From Leucoraja ocellata (Eukaryota): a stretch of DNA of 64,000 nt. The notes under the pieces were generated by a model, which saw only the letters and a list, made by a program, of their open reading frames with translations, did no database searches and was not told where the DNA came from. A program made the position numbers and the translations under genes. The stretch is taken from NCBI GenBank assembly GCA_036785375.1, contig JAWMAR010000026.1:7998001-8062000 (forward strand), read 5' to 3'. Shown piece by piece: positions 1 to 11,918 of the stretch. Each line of letters begins with the position of its first letter. Position 1 is the stretch's first letter.

Positions 1-415
1 TCACGGCTCCTATATCATTTCAAGTAATCCGGGGCAATCAGAAGTGTGACCAAACTTATACTACGATTAAACATGGTACCAATTGAGCAAGTGCAAAAGA
101 GGTTCACCACAATGTTGACTGAAATAGAGGACCTTTTTTATAACGAGACATTTGGTGAACTGCGTTTATTCTCAATGGAAGGAAGGAAGCAGAGGAGTAA
201 CTTAATAGACGTTTTTGTTTTTAATATCGGGGCCACTCATAGCATAGACGGGGTCTTTCCCCCTGAATAGTGGAATTAAGAACTATGTGGCAGGGTTTTT
301 AGGTCAAGCGAGAAAAATGTAAAGGAGAAGAGGACGTTTTGCATACCTGGAACATCTACCACCGGAGAGGGTGCAGTACAATAATACCATTGACATTGCG
401 TTAGACCGGTAATTG

Positions 416-585
416 CGCCAAGGTTTTCGTGCGGTTCCCGGAGGTTTTTGTCAGTCTCCCTACCTGCTTCCACTACCTGCAGCCTCCGGCACGCACCTGC
501 AACCTCCGGGAACCGCGCGAAAACCTTGGGCGGGGCGCAAAGTCTCCAGAGGTTTCCGTTCAGATTTCCTAAGTGGGACAGGGGC
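416..585. mobile_element. Truncated Harbinger-type MITE
   Basis: Ends in cctaagtgggacaggggc, matching the TIR of the 54653-56535 element. Has an internal inverted repeat and is absent from paralog copy 2. Confidence 0.6.
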
Positions 586-1001
586 AATACACTTGTAATT
601 CGTTACACTTTAGATAAAACAGATGGCAGATGCAAATAAATCAATTAAAAATAATAATCTCCTTGATCAGTACCACATTCGGAACTCTACATATTTTCAA
701 TCCCAACTACCCGTGTCGTTGGTTTCCGTTCCCGCTGTGTTAAAGCAATTCTAACATATACGCGAAAGGTTTTATAATTCTGTCAAGCAGGAGATGTGGA
801 AGGCGTCATTTACTCTCTCAATCAGTCTATTCGGATTCTTTGGTAATTGCGTCAAAAATACTCTCTAACCAATCACACAAATCATGTTATTTCAAAGGAC
901 ACAGGTGATGAATAACGCGGAATTTCTTCAACGTGATTGAGCTAATCGCTTTGAGGTGGTGAAGTTAACCGATCTGGCTCACTCCTCTCCCCGAAACTCA
1001 C

Positions 1002-1313
1002 CGTAAACTACCAGCTTTGTACCAGTCCCGTTTAAAACTTTGGAACGGGTCAAGCTGCAGAAATAGAGCCCGGCGTCCTTCACTGTCACGTCCTCCACCC
1101 GTAAGACAGCGTTTCCCCCTCTCAGGAAATAAAACTGGATTCGTCTATCTGCACTTTCATCCAGGAATCTATTATCCCCATCTCTCCACCAATGCACTTT
1201 GTACGGCTTGTTGTCTGAGAACATTGGATAAATGCAATAAAGCACTGCCGAGTCACCCCGCATCAAAACTGCTTCTGGAACTTGTGTTACGGTCAACGGA
1301 CCATCCCCACCAG
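1002..1313 (-). CDS. Gene A exon 2: V-set Ig domain with germline-joined J-like G strand; remainder of the gene lies left of the window
   Basis: Acceptor ttcccgacag|, donor G|gtgagt, 312 bp, phase 1-1. Hallmarks LYC, HWWR, DAGLYFC, NGTGTKLVV. Confidence 0.92.
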
Positions 1314-1484
1314 CTGTCGGGAAACGAAAAATCAAACTATAAGGTTTAGGATTAAAGCGAGGTATTGACCAAATTAATTGAAAATTGCACGAAAGGAGAA
1401 AATAAATAAAGATAAAGGATCAGCAAACATATAAACTGATAATTAACTTTCGGTCGGACTGTCTATAGCAAGAGTAAAATATAC

Positions 1485-1536
1485 CGGCGCAGCTGATGTG
1501 GAGAACAATCAATTGCAGTAAGACCCGTGTCATCAT
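1485..1536 (-). CDS. Gene A exon 1: signal peptide (MMTRVLLQLIVLHISCA) of a VJ-C1 IgSF receptor
   Basis: ATG at 1536, 52-bp hydrophobic leader ending G|gtatat (phase 1). Encodes the same peptide as the gene C leader. Confidence 0.85.
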
Positions 1537-2419
1537 TCACGGCAAAACTGCAGAGAACAGTCGACTGAAACAAGTGTCGAATAAATAGTGAGCGAGGAAT
1601 ACCGCGAGTATGCCTGGGTTCAGTGGGTGTGCCGGAAAGTGAGTTTGCTCATGCTCATCTCGTGCATGAGCTGCCTCTCTGCGCATTGACGCGGATCAAA
1701 GGTGAAGTTAGTGGCTGCTCACACGTTTCCGAAAACTTCACAAAGCATTTGCTGAACAACTACAGACATTCAATGCAGCTAGAAATGGCTGCCATTGCGC
1801 TTTTGCCCATGCGATCTATTAAGCAATGTCCTCGTACTGATCGTCACGAATGTGGTGTCCACTTTGGTGTCCACGGTCGACCTTTGTGAAAATACAGTGA
1901 CGTGTCGCAGATGCGCCCTGCTTTGATTGCGCCAATACTTTCCATTCAACACGCCATGATGCTAGCAAAGTTAAGTCATCATGGAGTATCAAGTAAGTGC
2001 ATGAGTGCGTGCCTTTCTCGAAACAGTTCAGCTACCTCCTCCTCCTCTACCCCTTGCCCAGCCTTTGCTACATTTAACTGCCGTATGACATGCAAAGCGC
2101 CAGAGGTTCACATTGTTGAGTTCATTGGCAAATTGAAAGGCGAGCGGTTCACATCATGGTCAAAACTGGCAATTAATCGAGGATGTACATAAGAGAGTAT
2201 TTCTCTGTCATCGAAACAGACCTCAGATCGGCAAGATTTTGCAGTTCTGCGATGGTCCGCGTACATCCGAGCTGAGGCAGGAGTGGGATGTCGAGCATAA
2301 TTCCGCCTGGATGATAGGACCAATTTAACGCCATTCCCATTTCTCCGTGTAACAGGATTAAAAAAAAAAGATCGCTTTCGATTCGGGAAAAACGGTAGGA
2401 GTCAAAAGACCAAGAAATA

Positions 2420-2795
2420 AAACTGAAGATACACACAAAATGCTGGAATAACTCAGCGGGACAGGCAGCATCTTGAGAGAAGGAATGGGTGACGTTTCGG
2501 GTCGAGGCTGAAGAAGGGTCTCGACCTGAAACGTCACCTTTACTTCTCCCCAGAGATGCTTCCCAGCCCACTGAGTTACTCCAACATGTTGTGTCTACCT
2601 TCGATGTAAACCATTATCTGCAGTACTTTTTGACACATTTTGCGCGCTCCACTGTGAAATCTCCTCAAGGTATGTCTAGTTTGAAGAAGTAAAACTGTCT
2701 GAAGAAAGGTCTCGACCTGAGGTGTCACCCCTCCCTTCTCCCCGGAGATGCTGCTTGTCCCGCTGAGTTACGCCAGTTAATTGCATCTATCTTCC
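2420..2795. mobile_element. Penelope-derived hairpin plus an extra monomer (paralogous copy at about 39170-39505)
   Basis: gaagggtctcgacc(c/t)gaaacgtcacc...gagatgctg...ctgagttactcc motif in inverted and tandem arrangement. Confidence 0.7.
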
Positions 2796-3049
2796 GCAAA
2801 ATTTAAGCGTTAGGAACAGGGAATATGCTATCTGAACACTGAAGGCTGCCCGCCATTCAGCAAGTCCTTAATCCACCCTTGCCTCCAATTCTCCTTCTAT
2901 GCCATTTCCCCATAGCCTTCCATCCCCTGGTCTTTCACATCAAATATCGGTAATTCAATTAAATGCTTTCAATAATCTCCCATCATAACTCCATAGGGAG
3001 TTCCGTGAAAAGCAATTCCGATGCGACTCGATTTTAAATAGCTGTCCTT

Positions 3050-3432
3050 ATGTACATTCACTCATTCATTCATGCATTCATTCAATCACTCACTCACTCA
3101 ATCATNNNNNNNNNNNNNNNNNNNNNNNNNNNNNNNNNNNNNNNNNNNNNNNNNNNNNNNNNNNNNNNNNNNNNNNNNNNNNNNNNNNNNNNNNNNNNNN
3201 NNNNNNNNNNNNNNNNNNNNNNNNNNNNNNNNNNNNNATTCAGTCATTCATACATTCAAGCATTCATTCATTTATGCATTCATTCAATCACTCACTCAAT
3301 CATTCACTCACTCACTCATTCATTCCTTCAATCATTCACTCATCATATACTCATTCACTCACCCATTCACTCATCCATTCACTCATCACTCACCCATTCA
3401 CTCATTCATTCACTCACTCATTCACTCAATCA
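3050..3432. repeat. (TCAT/TCAC)n microsatellite spanning an N gap
   Basis: Direct inspection. Confidence 0.9.
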
Positions 3433-3857
3433 TGAAGTTGAGGGCCTAAACTATGTGTATCCATAACACAAGGTAAATTAAACATTTTCAGTAATGCCAG
3501 CTTGTTATAGATAATAAATCTTTAACATCTAATCTCGGAGCTGCCTGCGATAAATTACCGGGAAAAAGTGCTCCGATCGCGGGGCCTATGTATTAAAATG
3601 ATAAAGCCGCGGTCTCAATTAAGAAGCGGCCGATTCGCGATCATCTCCGCGGGCGGGCGGGCGGGCAGGCGGGGGGTGGGGGGGGGGGGGGGGGGTGGGG
3701 GGTGGAAGGCTGTACATAGTGGCTGTACACAGTGCCGGCCGTAGCGGCTGTTTCAAGGCCCCGACCACGGGAGAAAAACGGAAGAATATTTATTGCACTT
3801 TATAGGCTACCATTGCAGTGAGAAATGGCCAGAAATGGCTGATGTTTATGTAGAAAT

Positions 3858-6370
3858 TGTAGATCAGTGCATGCTCCTTTAACATAGTGACCTCACCACT
3901 ACTAACCACTCCCCATTATCTTCAGTATAACTGTAGCCTCCCCACGTCTCTCTCCCTCTCTAGCTCCAGTGACAGACCACGGACAGCTAGGGCACTGTAT
4001 GTGTTTTATACCAGTATCTATAATAAAACATGTAGTGAAGACATCACGTGTTTGGAAGTCTTTACATGGTGTCAGAAGTGGGATCACTCACTTCCTTGAG
4101 TATGCCCGTGGCCACCATGTGGCGCAGAGTCGACTTCACCCTGTCCTTCATGGCAAAGGAGACGTGGTGAGCCGGGCGGATTACCGGATCGACCTGCGGG
4201 TCCACAGCGATCTTGTAGTTGCAGGGTAACTTCCCCAACACATCACCAAAACGATCGGGGTACTCGATCATGGGGTCCATGGGGGCCTGCACCAGGTAGA
4301 TACCGCGGTGGAAGGAAACCAAACCGAGGTCCTGGCATGCACGAGCGCCCAACAGAGTTACATTCTCAGAGTCTAGCAGGAGGAAAGTGAGGGGCCGAGA
4401 GGTCTGCAGAACTGTGCAGATAAGGGTTGTTTTTCCGACTGGTGTGAGCACTCCTCCCCCATAGGCATGAAGACGGGAGTCGTTGGGAGTAACCTTCTCA
4501 CCAGATCTTATCTGCTTGAAAAGGCTCCTTGACATAACATTGGCGAAAGCTCCATGTCGACCTTCGCAGTAAAGGTCGCCCCATTCACGGTAACACGTAC
4601 AGAGGGATCCTTTATCAAAGCAGGTGCACCCAAGAGCGAAAAAATAGACGATTCATCATGTGAGGAGCCGTTATCTGAAACAAGTTCGTCTGAATGGTGC
4701 TGGGAACCAAGAGCGCTATCAGTCTCAGCAAGGTTGTTTAGGCTCCTCCGTGGAGCAGGGACCGGCCTTCCAGTGGAACGACAAGCTGCAGAAAAGTGAT
4801 TTAGCTTTCGGCAGAAATTGCAAGTTTTCCCCAGCGCGGGGCAAACATTAAACTGATGACTAGCGAAGTTGCAGTTGGGGCAACGACGCGGGCCATCCCT
4901 CGTGGGTGCGGGAGCGCTACGCTGGCGTGGCGGGCCATCGTTCCGCCTGCGCCCAGCAGCACTGGCATAGTGAACGTCCTGAGCAGCAGGTGTAGATACA
5001 GAGGCAACAGCAGCAGCCATACGAGAGGAATGCAAAGCCTCGTTTAAAGTCAGATCAGGCTTCCTTAAGAGCTCAGCCCGTACTACTGCCCACCCTCACA
5101 TCTGCTGCTATCATCGGGAAGCTGCGCCGCCACTTTGCGACCTTCGGCTCTCCAGTTACTTTGCAGTCTGACAACGGCGGCCAGTTCTCCAGTGCGGAGT
5201 TCCGCACCTTCGCTACATCCTGGAACTTTCGCCACATCACCAACAGCCCGGAGTACCCGCAGAGCAACGGCCTTGCTGAGCGCGCCGTCCGCAGTGCAAA
5301 GGAGTTGCTGGAGCATTGCAGACTTTCGCGGTCGGACTTGTACCTGGCCATCCTCAACCTCCACAATATTTCCCGTGACCCTGCCCTGGGCTCGCCTGCT
5401 CAGCAGCTCATGTCCCGCACCACACGCCCTCCGATCCCTGTCTCACAGCGATCTCTGCAGCCCGCGGTCCTCAGCCCTGCCACTGTCCAGGAGCGATTTG
5501 CCCAGAAACAGGCCATCCAGAAGCGCTCTCACGCCAGGTCCTGTCGTCCCCTTCCGCGTCTCTTCCCGAATCAGGTGGTCCGGATGCGGTCCCCCTCCGG
5601 CCACTACCGGCTAGCCGTGGTCATCGGCTCTGCGGCTCTCCTTGGTCTTACCTCATTGAGTATGAGGGTACCATCTACCGCCGGTCCCGCCAGCATCTGC
5701 TCCTGGTCACCGAGCCCGCTCCACCCCCTGCAGCCCCCTTTGGCCCTCCGGTTCCTTCCACTCTGCCCTCCGCTCCTCGCATGCCCAGGGCTCTGCCGTC
5801 TCAGCTTTGTGTGCCCCGTTCTCCCCCGGCTCCTCCCAGTCCACCTTCTCCTTCCTCGCCCGCTCCCGTGCCCACTTCTCCCGCTTCTCCTCCCCGCTTT
5901 CCTCGTCCTCCCTCTCCGGCAAGTTCTCCTGCCGTTCCCCTATCGCCGGCCCGGCTCTCGTCCCTGCGGGGGGGGGGGGGGGGGGGGGAGGGTGGGCTGT
6001 GCACCCGCTCCGGGCGGTTGGTCAAGCCGCCTGTACGTTACGGGGAGTTTGCTTGAATGTGTTAACTGTTTCTTGCCGGTGTACGCGCGGAGGGTGTTTC
6101 TAGCGTATGAGTCGTGGTCGCACTGTCACTGCTATAATACTTTGTTTTCCGAGGGGAAGGATATAGATAAGTGCATGCTCCTTTAACATAGTGACCTCAC
6201 CACTACTAACCACTCCCCATTATCTTCAGTATAACTGTAGACTCCCCACGTCTCTCTCCCTCTCTAGCTCCAGTGACAGACCACGGACAGCTAGGGCACT
6301 GTGTGTGTTTTATACCAGTATCTATAATAAAACATGTAGTGAAGACATCACGTGTTTGGAAGTCTTTACA
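3858..6370 (+). mobile_element. Defective Ty3/Gypsy LTR retrotransposon with internal inversion and deletion
   Basis: 209-bp direct LTRs (3858-4066 and 6162-6370, about 4 mismatches). PBS TGGTGTCAGAAGTGGGAT (tRNA-Leu type) at 4067. PPT at 6151-6161. Integrase core (SDNGGQF, YPQSNGLAER) on plus; gag CCHC knuckles, frameshifted protease and RT start on minus. Confidence 0.92.
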
Positions 6371-7076
6371 TAAATGAATTGGTGTATTTGAACAAACTTG
6401 AACTAATTTATCTATGGTAGTAACAGTGGTATTCTCATTAACATTAAGAAGAGGTTGAAGTGTTATGAATTGAAGTCGATGCAGACTTAATGACTATGAG
6501 ATGTTTTTTTTGGCCTCTGCTTGACCTTCCACTTGGACTTGAACTATCTTATCAATGGACTTATCAAAACTTATCAAAAGACTTGGAATCTGATGAAGAA
6601 TATTCAGATGACGATCAGATGTAATGTAAACAAATAAATTGTGGAAGTAAATGATTATATAAAGTTTTATTTTAGTGTCGATCGTTTCACTGTTTATTTG
6701 GTAAAATTATTTAAACAATGAGTGAATTACTTATGATAATGGTGTGCTGGTGAATGACAGTGCAACCGCCCACCCATCCACACATACATACACACATCCA
6801 CACACACATCCATCCNNNNNNNNNNNNNNNNNNNNNNNNNNNNNNNNNNNNNNNNNNNNNNNNNNNNNNNNNNNNNNNNNNNNNNNNNNNNNNNNNNNNN
6901 NNNNNNNNNNNNNNNNNNNNNNNNNNNNNNNNNNNNNNNNNNNNNNNNNCCACAGATACACGTTTGACAGGTATACACAGACACACACGCACAGACTACA
7001 GATACTCAAAGAATGCAACACTTTTAGGGTTATTTTAGGTTAAAGGCAATAGCCCTCATTTGCAAGTGGGGTCTTT

Positions 7077-7079
<3 letters not shown>

Positions 7080-7162
<83 letters not shown>
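7080..7162. repeat. (TA)n microsatellite
   Basis: Direct inspection. Confidence 0.95.
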
Positions 7163-7164
<2 letters not shown>

Positions 7165-7792
7165 CTCATTGTAGCTTAAAATTAATACTCATCGAGTAAA
7201 CATCAGAGTATTCGATTCTTGGTCAGGATGTGACAGTTACATCAGAAATAAGACAGGTCTCTTACAGGTCTGCCACCCAGCCTGGCACTGCCACAGTCCC
7301 ACTATGGCCATTGTCCCCACTATCCCCACTATGGCAGTCAGTGGGGTTCAGTAAAACGGGGAACCCAGAAGATCTGTCCTGACCCTTTAATTGGGCAGGT
7401 TCGTGAACCCTTAAAACCTGGGACCTCTGCTGCAGTCTCATTACATTTCCTGTTAAAGCGACTGGAAGATGCCTTGCAGGACTGTCCCCCAGCCTGGAAC
7501 TGCCCCAGTCCCACTATGGCCGTGACCACACTCTGCACACTGGCAGTCAGTGGGGTTCAGTAAAGGGAGGAACCCACAAGAACTGCCCTCACCCATTAAT
7601 TAGGCTGGTTCAGGAACAGGACCTCTGCGACAGTGTCATTAAAAAAACACTCACAATTATATTAATCATATTATTTTCATATAATATAATTATACTTAAT
7701 TATACATGATTACAGTCATATTTACGTCATATATATATAGGTATAATAATATAGTTTAAATGGACTGCAACACGGAAATAAGCAGCCTGTGG

Positions 7793-7824
7793 TGCAATAT
7801 GAGAATGGGCCACTAGATGGCGCT
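7793..7824 (+). promoter_or_regulatory. Candidate CTCF site with upstream motif
   Basis: Core GGCCACTAGATGGCGCT with a TGCAATAT upstream element a few bp before it. Confidence 0.6.
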
Positions 7825-9097
7825 TACTTTCCCGATTTCATTTTCAAATTAATTTAATTAATTAATGTGCAACTTTTGACACTGACGAGTTATGACTTCC
7901 TTCTCACTTATATTTCATCTAAATCTATGGGAAATTGCTTGTAGTTCGGTGACTTGAGGCACGAACCCGATTTCTAGACACATTTTTGATGCTCGGCCCA
8001 CAGCCTAATTTCCATTGGTGACGAGCTGCCACATTGAGAAGTGTCTGTCTATTCCGATTCATCGCTTTCGAATCATTAACCAAATCACAATTCACTCGTC
8101 TCTGCTGATCCCTATTCCATGTGCTCTTTTCGCCGAGCCCCAATTTTGAAAAGCCTTCGGAAGATTGAAAGTCCGAGGAAACCCCCAAAGAAGCAGCCGC
8201 CACGTGCAGACGTGCCACGATGTGCACAACAAGAATTACAAGGCAGCACGTGTTTGCTATGACATTTGATCTAACCTTCCCGTTTCGCGGCGATCCTATC
8301 CCTCTCTTTCTCTCGCTGCCCGAAACGCAAGGTTCACATTTGCTATTCAGAACTATCCAGGAATAATTACTGAATCTATAGAACTACGGAGGATAATATC
8401 CAATATATATATTTCAAAATTCTACAAATCTGTGAGTATTGAAGACCAGCCGATTGGAATTCATCAATGCTTGGGCGCATTTTCGAGGAGCATTTTCAAA
8501 ACAACTCCGACCGCAGACGCATGTGGCAAAGCATCAAGTCCATTTCCGACTACAATAAAGTTAACCCACCCCCAGACAACGCCGCCCTTCCTGACGAGCT
8601 AAACTAGTTCTATGCTCGTTTTGATCGGGACAATAAAACACCGGCCATCAAAGCTGCCCCACCCCCGAATGGACAACCCCCCCAGTCTCTCCACCTCTGC
8701 TGTACTGAGCAACGTGAATGAGCACAAAGCTGCCGGTCCCATGACATCCCGGGCGTGTGCTCAGTGCACGTGCTGGACAACTATCCCTGGTCTTCACTGA
8801 CATTTCCAATCTGTCACTGGCCCAGGGTGTCGTCTCTACTTGCCTCAAGACCTCAACCATTGTGCCAATGCCCAAACAGTCAGCTTCAGGGAGTCTCAAT
8901 GACTTTTGCCCAGTGGCACTCACCCCTGTCATCGCGAAGTGCTTTGAGCGACTGATCTTGGCTCACCTCAAATCCAGCCTCCCTCCCACACTGGACCCCT
9001 ATCAGTTTGCCTACCGGCCCAACAGGTCTACAGAGGACGCCACATCTGCGGCCCTACACTCTGCCCTGACCCACGTGGACAATAACAACATCAGGTT

Positions 9098-9329
9098 TAA
9101 GAGGGAACTGCAGATGCTGGAGAATCGAAGGTTACACAAAAAAGCTGGAGAAACTCAGCAGGTGCAGCAGCATCTATGGAGCGAAGGAAATAGGCAACGT
9201 TTCGGGCCGAAACCCTTCTTCAGACTGGGGAAGGTCTGAAGAAGGGTTTCGGCCCGAAACGTTGCCTATTTCCTTCGCTCCATAGATGCTGCTGCACCCG
9301 CTGAGTTTCTCCAGCTTTTTTGTGTAACC
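9098..9329. mobile_element. Penelope-derived palindromic element with two inverted hammerhead-like motifs, inserted in the Rex1 RT
   Basis: Long inverted repeat flanked by a 14-bp target-site duplication aacaacatcaggtt (9084-9097 and 9330-9343). Confidence 0.75.
9232..9267 (+). ncRNA. Minimal type I hammerhead ribozyme motif (Penelope type)
   Basis: AGGT-CTGAAGA-A-GGGTTTCGGCCC-GAAAC-GTT-GCCT: core boxes, helix II stem, palindromic helix III, helix I AGGU/GCCU. Confidence 0.6.
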
Positions 9330-11248
9330 AACAACATCAGGTTGCTGTTCATCGACTTCAGCTCCGCATTTAATATTGTCATTCGCGCCAGTTTGATCAC
9401 CAAACTTAGCGGATTTGGCATCACCACCTCCCTCTGCAATTGGACACTGGATTTCCTCAGCAACAGGTCCCAGTCTGTTAGGATCAACAACCTCACCTCC
9501 TCCACTCTGACACTGAACACTGGCGTGCTACAGGGCTGTGTGCTCAGCCCTCTCCTCTACTCCTTCTTCACCCATGACTGTCCCTATGTATGGCTCCAAC
9601 GCCATCATAAAATTCGCCGATGACACCACGGTGGTAGGACTGATCAGAGACAATAACGAATCAGCCTACAGGGAGGAGGTCGAGAACCTGGCAGCCTGGT
9701 GTACCAATAATAACCTCTTCCTCAACTCAAAGAAGACGAAGGAAATCATCGTAGACTTCAGGAAGACCAAAGGTGCCAGACATACCCCCATCCACTTAAA
9801 CGGGACTGAGGTGGAGCGCGTCTCCAACTACAAATTCCTCGGGGTACATATCTCAGAGGATCTGTCCTGGTCCCTCAATACCACCAAACTGATCAAAAAG
9901 ACACAGCAGCGCCTTTACCTTCTGAGGAGGCTTAAGAAAGTTCACCTGTCACCCCAGATCCTGCCCAACTTCTACCGCTGTACCATTGAAAGCATCCTGA
10001 CCACCTGCTTCACGGTATGGTACAGCAGCTGCACAACAGCTGACAGGAAGGCACTGCAACGGGTGATGAAAACCACTCAGCACATCATCGATGCCCTGCT
10101 CCCTGCCATGGATGCCCTCCACCGCAAACGGTGTCTGAGACGGGCGGGAAAATCATTAAGGACCGCGGTCACCCTAACCGCGGTACAAGAGCCTCAGGTC
10201 TCGCACAAGCAGGCTGAGGAACAGCTTTTTCCAAAATACCATCACCCTGCTGAACTCACAGGCCCGACGCTAGCTATCTTTATACTCTTTTATCTGTATA
10301 TTTTATCTGTATATATTTATTGCCTATGTTCTAGTTTAATTCATCCACATTGCACATATTGTTTTAACCAGTATTTTTACTACCTTGCACTCTGATTAGA
10401 TGCTAAACTGCATTTCGTTGTACTTGTACTCGTATTTGTGCAATGACAATAAAGTTGAATCAAATCAAATCAAATCATAAACCTCTTCAATGGTGGCAAC
10501 TGGTCGAGATGCTGCCTCACATTGCCGGAGATCCTCGTTTGATCCTAACCTAGTTCGGTGCTGTCTGTGTGGAATTTGCAAGTTCTCCTTGTAACCACAT
10601 GGGTTTTCTACGTGTGCTCTGATTTCTTCCTACATCCCAAAGAATTGCTGCTTTGTTGGCTGCTGTAAATTGCCCTTAACATGCAGGTAGTGGGTGAGAA
10701 AGTGGGATAACATGGAACTGGTGTCAAGAGGTGATCGATGGTTGTCGTGTATTCGATGCTCCGATGGGACTGTTTCTATATTCTCTAAATTCTAAACGCT
10801 TTAGTAACATTTTGGTTTTGAAAGTATTTATTTTTGTCTATCCTCTGCGCCCGTCCTTTTTTTCAACGGCATATCCATAAGCCTTATTTGTCTTTTTCCC
10901 AAGGCAGAGATAATGTACAGTATATGATTATTTGTTCTACGCGTTGGTTTTCCTCTCCCATTCTAACTGCTGCAGTATCTGTAAAACGCTTAGATTTGGC
11001 TGGCGAGGCATTTCCCTTCGACACTTTTTACGAATTCTATGTATGTATTTCACGTTGCGTTACCTTGATATTCTTCTTTCGATTGGCCATATCATTTAAA
11101 CCATCTGTAAAGGTTAACCGGGTTTGTGACATAAGCGAAGCTGCATCAAATCAAAACTTTCCATGATGCACAAAAATGCGCCATAATCTCTAGATAATAT
11201 CTGCAACGTCTGTGTTCTCCGTGACACTAAGTGTGCTTTCCAGCGCTA

Positions 11249-11270
11249 TGACGTCAAAGTGAAACGGAAC
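11249..11270 (+). promoter_or_regulatory. CRE palindrome plus adjacent IRF-like element in the gene B promoter
   Basis: TGACGTCA (11249-11256) directly followed by AAGTGAAACGGAAC, about 100-120 bp upstream of the ATG. Confidence 0.45.
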
Positions 11271-11371
11271 CATTGGGGCCACGCGGTATTGCTGCAAGGC
11301 GCTCGCCAACAAGCTTCACTGCTTGACTCGCTCTCAGAGAGGAAACATCGTTTTCATCATCTTGGTTCAGA

Positions 11372-11426
11372 ATGTTTATGTTTGCCGTGCTGCTGTGTCT
11401 CTCGACCCTTCATATGAGTTACACAG
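11372..11426 (+). CDS. Gene B exon 1: signal peptide (MFMFAVLLCLSTLHMSYT)
   Basis: ATG at 11372, 55-bp hydrophobic leader, donor G|gttaac, phase 1, 168-bp intron to the V exon. Confidence 0.85.
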
Positions 11427-11594
11427 GTTAACATATTTCCCTCTATTAAAGGAAAATAACAGGGAAAAGGTCAATCCGCGAAAAGTATAAGATGTACAAC
11501 TTACTTTTGGGTCGAGCTATTTCAGCTATTTGCATTTTTATCAATCCGTTCATTGTCATTTCACATGTTTAACGTTTGTTTTTAATTTTGACAG

Positions 11595-11918
11595 TTACTG
11601 AAGAGGCCTCCTCGTTCAGGGTGCGTCAGATTCCTGATGAGGTAACGAAAGTGAAAGGTGAAAATGTATCCCTATACTGTACTTTCCCGAACTTCGGTCA
11701 GAATGCACTGGTGGATGTATACTGGAAGAGAGACGGTCAAGAAGGGACGTTGAATCCCACCGCAAACAGGAGGATGACAATGCACAATGTCCTGAAGGGA
11801 TCTGCCGAATTACATCTGTTGAACGTGAGCTTCCGTGACTCCGGGATCTATTATTGCAGTGTGAGAGGCGGGAATGGAAAGATTTCCAAAAGCAATGGCA
11901 CGAGGATTATTGTACACG
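11595..11918 (+). CDS. Gene B exon 2: V-set Ig domain (VJ-type)
   Basis: Acceptor ttttgacag|, donor G|gtgagt, 324 bp. Hallmarks LYC, VYWKR, DSGIYYC, SNGTRIIV. Confidence 0.92.

Larger units (their letters stand above)
1..3000 (+). repeat. Segmental duplication copy 1 (paralog of about 36648-39710)
   Basis: Direct similarity from tcacggctcctat (1 and 36648) to cataactccat (about 2995 and 39705). Confidence 0.9.
8470..10477 (+). mobile_element. 5'-truncated Rex1/Babar-type LINE (degenerate RT)
   Basis: [42 protein letters not shown] in shifting frames; AATAAA and (TCAAA)n tail. Confidence 0.85.

Noticed and set aside
979-1335. V exons as rearranging TCR/Ig V segments
   Set aside because: The exons already include the G strand and end in a splice donor, with no CACAGTG-spacer-ACAAAAACC adjacent.
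3658-3705. Poly-G runs (also about 5967, 23934, 34913, 53360) as G-quadruplex elements
   Set aside because: Homopolymer lengths are unreliable and most lie within repeats.
5161-6186. 341-aa ORF as a functional protein
   Set aside because: Frameshifted Gypsy integrase running into low-complexity sequence.
7260-7645. Local imperfect tandem duplication (ggcagtcagtggggttcagtaaa unit)
   Set aside because: Only two diverged copies with no coding or spacer structure; not CRISPR-like.
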